Source: the human T2T-CHM13v2.0 reference genome, Homo sapiens
Assembly: GCF_009914755.1 (NCBI RefSeq)
Contig: NC_060929.1
Reading direction: 5' to 3' (one strand)
DNA: 64,000 nucleotides
The position numbers were made by a program, and so were the translations under genes. Of the stretch, positions 39,161 through 50,553 are shown in pieces. Below the pieces are notes generated by a model, which searched no databases, was not told the origin of the DNA, and was given only the letters and a program-made list of their open reading frames with translations. How positions within the stretch are numbered: the first letter of the stretch is position 1; each line of letters opens with the position of its first letter.

Positions 39161-39830
39161 AAGCCCAAAGGAAATTTCTAGAGATTCTAAAAAACATTCT
39201 GAAATTTGGAATACACAGCAAAAGATTCCATAAGATTAGATATTGCAGAATACAAGATTCATAAGTTGATAAATTTTATACATAAATAATTAAAAATATC
39301 CAATATGAAACACAGACAGAAAAAAGACTGAAAAAATAAAAGGGCATCAGTGGACTGTGGAACAACTCTACAGGACTGAGAACATGTGAAATTAAGCTAT
39401 TCATAAATTTTGAATTTTTAAAACTCTTAATAAATAATGCTGAATACTTTTGAAATTTGATATAAACTGTAAACTCACAGATCCAAGAAGCTCAAAGAAC
39501 CTCAAGCACAAGTCTGAAATCAAAACTAGACAAAACACGAAGATATATCATAAGCAAATTTCCTAAAGAGTGATGACAAAATCTTAAAAGCAGCTGTGGG
39601 CTACAGTAAAAAAAACAAACAAACAGCAAATGTGATTTCTTGTCAGAAACAATGGATCAGATATATTCCTTAAAGTGTTGAGGGGGAAAAAAGAGATATA
39701 CCTAAAATTATGTCTCCTGTAAAAATTCATTTTAAAATTAAAGGCAAAATAAAGACTTTTCAGACATACAAATACTTAAAGACTGTATTACCAACAGATC
39801 TAGGTTACCTGAAATGCCAAAGACGTTGGC

Positions 39831-39953
39831 ATTTTTGACCACAGCCAATAGTTGTAGAGATGGCTTTTCTTCGGTGTGAATCAAGATCTAGGGACAGATG
39901 GTAGTTCCTGATGAATGTTTTGCCACACCCCTCCTAGTCACAAAAAAACTGCC
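39831..39953 (-). repeat. Inverted copy of pseudogene segment 38013-38135
   Basis: Reverse complement aligns without gaps, 116/123 identical (manual count). Confidence 0.97.
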
Positions 39954-42829
39954 AAAGACATTAAGACAGATGAAAATGATACCAAATGGGATTCCAGATC
40001 CACAGAAAGGAATGAAAAACACCAGAAATTGAAACTACGTAGGTAAATATAAAGACACTTTCCTTGTTATATGAAATGTTACAAATACAATTAATGTATT
40101 GAAACAAAATAATCTATCATGGAGTTTAAACCTATGTAAAAGTAACATAGAGAAATGAACTATGTCTCTATATACTAGTTATGAACAATTGGAAATGAAA
40201 ATGTTTCTATGTGTGTGTATATATTTGGGTGTGTATACATACACACGGAGACATTTTAATTTCTTTCTATATATATAGGCAAGAGCATCAAAAATGAAAT
40301 ACTTAGAGATAAAGCTGACAAAATATTTGAAGAGCATATACGGTAAAAACTGAAAAATGTTTCAGAGAGAAATTTGAAGAAAAATGAAGAACTTTATGTG
40401 TCTATGGACTGGATGACTAATATTATTTAGATATCAATTTTCCCCAAATCAATCTATAAATTAAAGGCAATTGTATTCAACATTGCAGCAGATATTTAAT
40501 AAAATAATGCTGGTTTTAAAATTCATGTGGAAATGGCAAGGAAATTGAATAGTTAAAATCAATTTTGAAATAAAAGGAGCAAAGTTGGATAAATTACACT
40601 GCCTGATTTCAATACTTATTCTAAAGCTTCTCCAGGAAAGAAAGGATGGTATGGGTGTCTAAATAGACAAGTCAAAGGAACAGAAATAGACATAACCATG
40701 TAAGTCTATTTTCCAGAGTTGCAAATGCAACTTAGTGAAATAAGGATAGTTTTTACCAAAAATTCTTGCTGAAAATTTGAATATCCATATTCAAAAAATT
40801 AAGCTGGTCCCAAAATTACAGCATGTACAATAATGAGCCCAAAATGCATTACAGGCTTAGAAGCAAAGCAAAAACTGAAACCACCCCAACTTTTAGAGTA
40901 AAACATAGGAGAACATATTTATGACCTTAGACTTTGTATGTAAACCTTAGATAATACATCATAAGCTCAGTTCCATAAGTTATTTAAATTGAATACATTT
41001 CTGTTGATATACATTGAATAAATTAAAAATAAAAATCGACCACTTAGACTTCATAAAAACTAACAACTTTGCTTGTCAGAAGACACTGTTAAGAAAATAA
41101 AAAATAAGTTACTGACTAGGATAAACTATTTGCAAATCACATATTTTAGAAAATGATTTGTATCAAAATATAAAAAAACTCAAAATTCAATGATAAGAAA
41201 AAAATTCAAATAAATATAGGAAAGCAAATAGGAGAAATAACACATGAATAGTAACGATTCCAATATCAGCAGAAACTAGAGCATTAAATTAGTCCTAACA
41301 CAAGAAGACAACTAATTATGTATATATGCTTACACACAGACACACACATAAATTTGCTGCATAAATGAGAATGCCTCTAGTCAGAGGGAATCAGGTTGTA
41401 GAATTGTCATTTCTTGCCTTACAATTTCTTCCAGTTCTTTCTTTTTCTTATAATTCCCCTTCCCCTTGGTAAAATTGACAAGATGTGGAAAGTGATCACA
41501 GGAAATTTTACAGGATAATTAAAGGCATTTTTTAAAGTTAGAGAAAATCAGAAGAATATGTATAGAATGCATGTTCCTTAATTTAGATTACGTTTTAAAC
41601 TTCCAATAGAATGAATATAAGGGCTCCCAGAGATAAGAACCCTCATTTTTTTTTCCCATTACAATCCTTTTGAATTTTTTTTACAACACAATTATTAGTC
41701 AGTTTTTCTAACTGGTTTTGATGAATCCCATCTTCTCCCCCTAAATTGGTATGTATTAGCATTTACATCTCATCTTTCTAGTAATCCTGAGATTTAAAGG
41801 CAGAGCTGCCATCCTGAAAATAAGTAATTAACATGTGCTTTCTCTAATACTCAATCGTGGATATTATTTTTCTAATTTTCTTGTGCATTTTTTCCTCCTT
41901 TCTAAAATTTATTTTATTTCCCATATAAGGGATTCTGCAATTTCTATTCCTTGGCGAGCCAACCCTAACAATGCAGTAATGATTAGATATGCTGCTAGAC
42001 CCAGGAGTGTTACAATCCTTGCTTCTCTATCTTTCTCATTTGCCCTTTAATTGGGCAGTGTAGCATCAACATGTCATATAACATTTATTACTTTGAAGTG
42101 CCTTAGACATAGCATAAGAACAATACATGTTTAATTAAATGAAGGATGCATGGACAAGTGAACTCGGTCGGCCTGTAGGAGGTCTCTATGGATTTCACAC
42201 ATATTTCTAGGTAGCTGGGGGCAGTAGAATAGCATTTAATTTCTGAGAGAGGAAGTGATCCTGAGAAGACTCAAAAAAGCAAAGTACAGGCCTTAAAGAA
42301 AACTGCTCTTGGATGCCTAATTACCCTAAGCTTATCCCCACGTTCAAATCATTTTCAAATATCTGAAAGAATTGAGGAGGGCAGGTCTCAGTAGCTGAAC
42401 CATAAAGAGATAAATTTAAGACCTGTATTATAAGAAAGTATATTCTTCATGTGTCACTGAGACATTGATATCTGCACAGCATTTAATGGAGTTTTGACAG
42501 TAGCTAATGATAATTTAGGTTACAGAGTTTTTGTTAGTAGGTTTACAGCAAGACCAAAAGTGGTTTTTGCGTACATTGAAAAATATTGTAGGATGGAGAT
42601 GAAGTTTCAAATACTTAGTTAAAAATGGGCTACCCGATAAATGTTGTGAAGAAAATTGAATATTCATTTTAAAAGTCAGAAATATTTCTCAAGCAATATT
42701 AAAAACATAAATTTCAGTAATAAATGCAAGAAAAGCTGTATTTTCAAAGAATTAGAAAAAAATAATACTTCTAGAAGTCTAAGATTTAAAAACACATTTT
42801 AATTTCAAAAACTTGAAGTCAAACAAAAT

Positions 42830-43240
42830 GCCATCAAAAAAGATGATTGAGTAAAATAAAGTACACATATACCACAGAATTCTGTTTAATATTTTAAAAG
42901 AAATAAGTAAATTTAAACAGACTGACACGAGCAAATCTCCAAGTCATATTGACATCAAATGCAATTCAGAGAAAATTACGTATCTAATTTGGTTCATTAA
43001 AATCTCTACTAGAAACAGGGTATCAAAAAGCATGTGTGTTTATGTGTGTGGTGTTTGTAAATTAATACAGTAAGGTCTGGACATGTATAAACTAGGCTAT
43101 ACCAGTGGTTATTTCTAGGGAGGAAAATAGGATTATATGAAGGTACAATGCTATTTTCACTTCCCACTACAATGTGGGAAGGTTTGACATTTTTCCCACA
43201 TTGTGTTCCTCTATTATTTGAGTAGTTATAGAAACATTTT
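42830..43240 (+). mobile_element. L1ME 3' end fragment
   Basis: Degenerate motifs aaatctccaagtcatattg and cagtggttatttctagggagg. Confidence 0.5.
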
Positions 43241-44333
43241 TAAAACACATGTTTTAAAATGTTATTTTTTTCTTATCATAATTTCATTCATCTGGAACTG
43301 CAGTTATTGAAGGACAGGTCAAAATTCTAGATCCATTTGACAGTTGAAAAGGAAAAATAAATACTATTGCAAAGAAGGTAGTATTCCTGGAAGTATTTTA
43401 CATGTTGGGTTACTTTTCTTTTATTCTTTAAGTCACAGTAAACCTATTATGATGGTTTCTTACATAGATTTTTAAGGAATTGTACAAAATTGGATAAGAA
43501 GATTGCAATTCTAGGTAATAACATGTGAATTATTTTACCAATTGGAAATTCTTGAGACCTCCATCACTATATAAGTGACATATTGCAAAAGCCCTTGATA
43601 TAAAAGGGTATGAGAGAGTTAAGAAATATAGATTCATCTTAATATCACAAATAAGATTTTAAAGGAATGCAATTTTTTACTTCCACTGTTGTGCTAACAT
43701 CAGTTCTGGTAAGTTTTGAGTATCTAAAGCACTTTTAACTGTGTTCAACTTTAATGTATGACAAGCATTTGATTTTGTTATTCATCTTGCTGTATAAGAA
43801 CTATGCCTGAAGGCCATAAAATGCATTCTATTTTAGAGTCTGAAATATCAGTCATAAACTCAACTTATTAAAACTCAAAGAGATAAAAGTTTCTATATAA
43901 ATTATTATAATACAAAGGGAAATAATTCCATAGCCTGGTTAGAAGATAAGCCCTGCATTTGGGAATAGGCTTAAAGGGTTAGCAGCATTGATGCATTTCA
44001 CATTGCCCCTCATAGAGGAGAATTGCCATAGAAAGCCTCAGAAAGAGAATGAGATATATGCTGCCTTCACACATTTAAGAAAAAGTCCAATTTAAAGATT
44101 TTTAAGTGTTCGTTTTAATTAATAGTGAAGCAGACATTTTATATTTTCTTTCTATTTCCTTCTATGATTTCAGCCTGCTGCCTGTTTCCTAGAAAAAATA
44201 CAATTTAGTAATATATTCTTATTTTAGAGAAAGACATAATTATAGGTTCATATAATGTTTGTTCCAAATGGGATCTTAGAACTTAGTTTTCTCATTTCCT
44301 TATTTTACAGATTGTAAGTTAAAAATTATTTTA

Positions 44334-44617
44334 GGCCGGGAGTGGTGGCTCATACCTTTAATTCCAGCACTTTGGGAGACCAAGGTTAGTGAATCACTTG
44401 AGCCCTGTAGTTTAAGACCAGTCTGGGCAACATGGTGAAACCCCGCATCTCTACAAAAAATTATCTGGGCTTAGTGTCACGTGCCTGGAGTCCCAGGTAC
44501 ACAAGATGCTGAGGTGGGAGGATGACCTGGGCCCAAAGAGTCAAGGCTGCAGTGATCTGTGCCTGGGCAACAGAGTGAGACCCTGTTTCAAAAGAAATTA
44601 AACTAAAAACAAATAAA
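44334..44617 (+). mobile_element. AluJ
   Basis: Dimeric Alu with J-type tcacttgagccc and aggctgcagtga, plus an A-rich tail. Confidence 0.92.
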
Positions 44618-47600
44618 GAATTCTTTTCTGCAGAAGGAAATAATTTCTTGTTTCTACGTGACCATTATGCAGGAAATCTTGCCTAACTGCAAAACAGCAT
44701 GTCATTTTCTTAGTTATGTGTATAGGTGACTCATTTCTCAGTCATGAAGTACAAGCAAGCATCAGTGGGAGGATTTGGGTACCTGGGAAACATGAGATTA
44801 TAACTCAATGAGAATGTGGCTCTCCTTTTTCTCCCGGGAACAGGTTACAAAGGATCCAGAACAACAGCAACAATAAAAATTCCAAGAGAAGGAAAAAAAA
44901 AGACAAAATGAGTACTGTTCCCACAAATAATCCTTAATAATCAGTACTCTCTTGTTCACTAAGAAAAAAGCATATATTACAGTGGAACATAATATTATAT
45001 GTAGTTTTGAATACCATCACCATTTTTTTTAGTTAAGTTCTTTTTATGCTGTTAAACCATATAATCTTAGCTTCTATGGTAACAGATATTTCTGTTCAAG
45101 AATGTTATTTTGACAAAACAATGCAAAAATTGAAGATGTTTTCAGGTGATGCTGAGAATTCTGAAGTATTGCCCAAACTGGATCAAGCAAACATTGAGAG
45201 ACATTATTAATGAGCCACCTGACCAGCTTTGAGACCCTCAGAAAGTTCTTTGTTAAGCAAAGCCATGCTGTGTTGAAGTTGACAAAATGAAATAAGGGAA
45301 AGGGAAAGGTGCTATGTAGCATAACCACAACTCAATTGCTAGCCAACCTCCTACACAATGTACAGTCACAACTGGTGAGCCACTATTAATATAAGACAGA
45401 GGCAGCCTTACATAAAGTATGAAGGGAAAATCTTTTCTAAAACGGAGCATAATGGAACGGTGTGCTGTTGTCAAGGTAAAAACCTCATGGCAGTATGAAA
45501 TATAAAAGATCTAATTAGAATGTGCCATCTAGCTTCTTACTAACTTAAGATGCAGTTCCCAGGGAAGGGACTTAATCCCTAATTTTAGTCAAAGGGCAAA
45601 TGTACAATTAAGCTAACACAAATGCTTCAGCCAATCTTTTAGGAAAATTCTCTTATCCCTGGAGTCCCTAACCCACCACAGCTTAATAAGAACTTCCTAC
45701 TGCACAAAATTGCTGTTTGTCAGGCTGAAAAGAGCACAGCCCACTGAACTGCTCTACATCAGATGACACTTTGATCTGAAATAAATGTGAGTATAAAATA
45801 GACTACAGCATGTGTAGTTGCTGGAATTGAAAATAAACTTTTTTTGCGCATAAAAAATACCTCACTTATTTCTAATCCAAAGATATCTCTGCCAGCCACT
45901 CTTGGAACACTCATGTGTTCTGAGGCTTTGACCAACAAACTAATTTGAAAATAAAAAAATATATATGAAATAACAAGCTTTACTGAAAAGATGCTGTGAG
46001 AATAAGAAAGTTCATCATTATGGGAATGCTTGTGCCAGTAACAGCACTGGCCCAAGTCTCCCTATGTGTTAATGAACAGAGGTATTTCCAGTCCACAAAG
46101 TTATTGGTGGGTTGAGTAGGGTTGGTTCACACAGTGTGCCCCTGTGAATAAGCAGTGCTATCCTTTTTGAGGAGGAAATTTGTCTTTTGACTGCTAAGGG
46201 TTCATTAGCTCCTCTCTTTATCTTGCAGAAAGAGGAAAAGGGAATAATGAGGGAGCTTTGGAAACAAATCTGATCTGAGAAAATGGTCTGGCTGTAGCTA
46301 ATAGGTTGCATTGCTTTCTCCCAACCAACATCCATTTCAACTGAAATGCACTCAATTATGCTTATCCAAATTTTTTACCTCTAAAATGTAAAATTGATGT
46401 CACCAACATTTCAGGGAATATAGAGGAAAGTAAAAAACACAAACTCTACACTCAAACTTCCAGTTTATAAGTAAAAATTAAAAGTTCACAAATAAATATC
46501 ACTCAAAGAAGAATATAAAAGCTATGAAATAGTACAAATAAAATGTAGAGGGAAATAAGAAAAAGAGATTAAACCCACCCAATCGTTCAGACCAGCCTCA
46601 AACAAATTGGATAGATAAGGAAAATCAGCCCCTTCCTCAAAACACCTACCATCACTTGCTTAAAATTTGTCACAAAAATTTAAAAATCTTCCATAAGCAA
46701 AAATGTGACCCGCGACCCTAGAGTTGCATTTGTATATCAGAGACATGGATATTTTTTAAAGCAAGCATTACAGGTGTCACTATTGGCAGATAATATAATA
46801 ATTTTCTCAAAAAACTAAATGCTAATGAAGATCACTGACAAACTACTGGAATTACTCAGTGAGTTCTATAAGATGCTGGTTTACAGGTCTGAACTCTGTA
46901 TTAGTGACAGAGCTATACCTGGCAAAAAACTTCTGGATACACAAGGCAAAATATTTTGTGTTACTTTTTTAGCAAAATCTCATGAGTACATTAGATTATG
47001 GTGGTTACTCAGTACTTAGCTACTTACCAAGTGTTTACTGAATGTTTGTCTTAGTGCATTTGCAGAACAGCAAGTAATAAATAAGCAGAAATTAGTCACT
47101 GACGTCAAAAGCCAAAGACCAGCTGCCACTATGCATAGATATATGTACTGAGGTCCCAATGGAACTAGTTTTATTATTTACGTGTTTGTGCGTGTGTGTG
47201 TGTTTGTGTCTGTGTGATAGTCATTGAGAACAGCTCACGTTATACATTTTCTAATGAGGAACTGAGGAAATAAAGTGAATGGAGATGAATTTGTTCCCTA
47301 TTTTAAAGTATCCTTCAAGGACATTCAAAGTGAGATTATATATCTAGGAAAAAATACTGTATTTGTAATATTTTTCTGTGGCCAATTTGCTTTAAAAATA
47401 TAAATCATTTTAGGAGGTTTTAAAAATTGTTCTAAAGTAATTCCTATTATGGACATTTTCTGTGTGAGTAGCAACATTCCATGCATTAAAATTCAACTTC
47501 TCAAATTATTTAATTTTGGACTTCACAGAAACAACCAAATAATTAATATAAATTGTTTTTTCCTCTACTAACGTAAGTATAGTTATTATATCACAGACTC

Positions 47601-47633
47601 TAAGTATTCCTCAGTTGCTTATGTCAATTTATC

Positions 47634-47721
47634 TTTTTTGACACAGGATCTTACTGTGTTGCCCAAGCTGGTCTCCAACTCCTGGGCTCAAGTCATCCTG
47701 CCACCTCCGCTTTGCAAGTAG
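47634..47721 (-). mobile_element. FLAM/Alu monomer fragment
   Basis: gttgcccaagctggtctccaactcctgggctcaag; TSD-like tatgtcaattt / tatatcaattt. Confidence 0.8.
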
Positions 47722-48347
47722 TATATATCAATTTCTAATTTCATACTTCTAGACATGAAATCAGATATAGTTAAAAGCATTATTTATCTGGGTTAGATTT
47801 ATTTTCTTGTGCCATTCAGGCTATGTTTGCTCTGCCTTTCCTTTAGGTTCTGAGTTCCTTTTTACATATTAGTCTATGCAAAAATAGATGTTGTTGTTTT
47901 GTTGTTGTTGTTATTGCAGGACCATTATTACTAGTCACAGTATTATTTTTAAAATCTTGGGTGCATTAAGACTTCACACTCTTAATTATTTTATTTTTTA
48001 ATCAATTGCATTTTTTAGAAGGCTTTGCTCTCTCAGTTATCCTGTTCAACACCTGCCATGTCTTGCTATCTTGCTTACTATATTTTATGAGGGAAATATT
48101 TTATTTTTCTTTGTGGTTAAACTGCTACTCTATATATTTCATTAGAGTCTTACCTTTTCCTAGCTGCTTTGGAATTTTGTCTCTCTATTCCCTTGCTATA
48201 GTATGAAGCACACATATTTGTACATATTTGTGTAGGGTGTCATGAGGAGAAAGAACACTGTTCTGTTATGGATTACTCTGGTTTATCCTGGTTCCTAGAA
48301 GAAAATATAAATAGATCTAGAATGTGTTCACAATGAATATAAATCTC

Positions 48348-48888
48348 TGTATTAGTCAGCATTCTCCAAAGAAACTGAACCATTAGGATATAGAGAGGTA
48401 TAAAAAGAAGATCTATTATGGGAATTGGCTCACACAATTATGGAGTCCAAAAAGTTCCGTGATATCCCTTCTGCAAGCGGGAGAACTAGGGAAGCCAATA
48501 TTTAATTCAGTCTGAGTCCAGTGACCTGAGGACCAAGGGAACCAATGGTCTTACTTACAGTGGGGAGAGCGGGCACTGATCTAAGTCCCAGTCCCAGGCC
48601 AGAGTTCCAAAAACCAGGATCACCATGGCAGAAGAGGATGAATGTCTTAGCACAAGGAAGCAGGAAATTGACTCTTCCTCATCCTTTTTGTTTATTCAGG
48701 CAGGCCTTCCATGGACTGGATGGAGTTTGTCCACATTGGCATGGGCAGATTTCCTTTATTCAATCTACTAATCCAAATGCTAATTTCCATCAGAAACACC
48801 CTCACAGACACACACAGAAATAATGTTTTACCAGTGATCTGGGCATCCCTTAACCCACTCAAGTTGACAGATAAAATTAATCATCATA
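48348..48888 (-). mobile_element. MLT2 (ERVL) solo LTR
   Basis: tgtattagtcagcattctcc...gaattggctcacacaattatggag...caagttgacagataaaattaatcatca; flanking atctc. Confidence 0.88.
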
Positions 48889-49639
48889 TCTCTGATATGG
48901 CAGAAATGACAATATCACAATACTTTTTAGTGTCACAATATATACTTAATCACTGGCTACAGTGGTTCAAGAATTTACAGTTACCACATCATGGTAATTA
49001 TGAAAGCGTGGAGGACTTAATCATTTATTAATTCTCTCCCTCAGGCTTATGTCACAACAAAATAGAAAAGGATCAAATAAGAGCATTGGTTTTATTAGTG
49101 GTCATATTGTGCCTATTACCTTGCCAATAGAAAGATTTTGGTATACTTTGTTAGAAATAATATTTAGGGTCTAAGGCCAAAATGAAGTTGTCTGCTATTT
49201 ACTCCAAAATCTGAATATTAAGACCTGATGTTGGATTTATAGAGTAAACTTATCCACCTAACCATTTGGAAAATCTTAGTTTGCTTTACAAATCTGGCAA
49301 TGGAGAGCTGCATTTTGACTTTTGTTACTCATAGGCACTTTAACTTCCTGGAACTCTGTCTTCATAGAAATACTAGAAATTATGTTTTATGACAATTTTA
49401 ATATAAATATGGATATACTAAATATATAAAACATTTTCTTCAACCTAAAGGTGTATTATATTTAATCCCTTTTCAATCATCTATGGGCCAATATTATTTT
49501 TTAAACTGGGAATGACTATACTTACTCATGGAGTTAAAAATAATGAAAATATCTAAAATGAAAACAATTCACTGCCAATTATGTATCCCAAGAAATGGAA
49601 TGTAGCTTCATACATATTTTAACCAATTTACCCACAGAG

Positions 49640-49830
49640 CATCATAACATTAATAGTCGCTTTATATATTGCTTATCATTTTTCAGGGCATAACCTTATT
49701 TAAATATTATGACAGCCATTTAATAGATCAGAAGCCTCAAATCCTAAGAGATTAAGTGATTTGCCAAAACTTACCTTGTGAGGAAATAGCAATGCTGAAC
49801 TCAGACCCATCCTGAGACCAGATACTTAAT
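49640..49830 (-). mobile_element. MIR SINE
   Basis: aagagattaagtgatttgccaaaa core, reverse orientation. Confidence 0.55.
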
Positions 49831-50164
49831 TAATACAATATATATGGTCTGTTTTTTTATGGATAGATATTTGAGCGGCATAAGTTCACTTTATATTTTC
49901 ATTAAGACTGTGCTGATGGAATGATCAGGTAAAGAACACATTTTATAAAATGTGTCTGTAAACAGATTCGTTACTGTTGGGGGGAGCTTATTTTCTGTGA
50001 CGTTACAATATTTTAGATTCTGTAGAAAAACTTTAAAGGTAAAGAAATAGATGACAAATAAAATGCCTTTGGATAACTACAATGGTAATTTAATTCTAAT
50101 TAGTGATTTCTTTATTCCAAGTTGCATATCTCGTTATCAAAAATAATTTATAAATAATTCATTT

Positions 50165-50553
50165 TATTTCTCCTAATGCTATCCCTCCCCTAGTCCCCCA
50201 CCCGCTAACAGGCCTCGGTGTGTGATGTGCCCTCCCTGTGTCCATGTGTTCTCATTGTTCAACGCCTACTTATGAGTGAGAACATGTGGTGTTTGGTTTT
50301 CTGATCTTGTGATAGTTTGCTGAGAATGATGGTTTCCAGCTTCATCCATGTCCCAGCAAAGGACATGAACTCATTCTTTTTTATGGCTGCATAGTATTCC
50401 ATGGTGTATATGTGCCACATTTTCTTCATCCAGTCTATCATTGATGGGCATTTGGGTTGGTTCCAAGTTTTTGCTATTGTGGATAGTGCCACAGTAAACA
50501 TATGTGTGCATGTGTCTTTATAGTAGAATGATTTATAATCCTTTGGTTAAATA
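50165..50553 (-). mobile_element. L1PA fragment (ORF2 end and 3'UTR) lacking the terminal 3'UTR and poly(A)
   Basis: ORF 50259-50501 is the ORF2 C-terminus (WNQPKCPSMIDW...HHMFSLIS). Homology stops at tatttctcctaatgc with no T-tail. Confidence 0.92.

Larger units (their letters stand above)
35200..41230 (+). mobile_element. Old L1M fragments (at least two elements); the second hosts the GTF3A retrocopy
   Basis: ORF1- and ORF2-like A-rich remnants (KFLGIYLT..VQVLHNEKYEILLREI). The ORF1 phrase gaagatataaaaaagac..|..cccaaaggaaatttctagaga is split by the pseudogene. Confidence 0.6.

Noticed and set aside
43173-43200. Canonical Notch paired site (SPS)
   Set aside because: The spacer is 12 bp, outside the 15-17 bp needed for cooperative dimers; kept only as a low-interest motif cluster.
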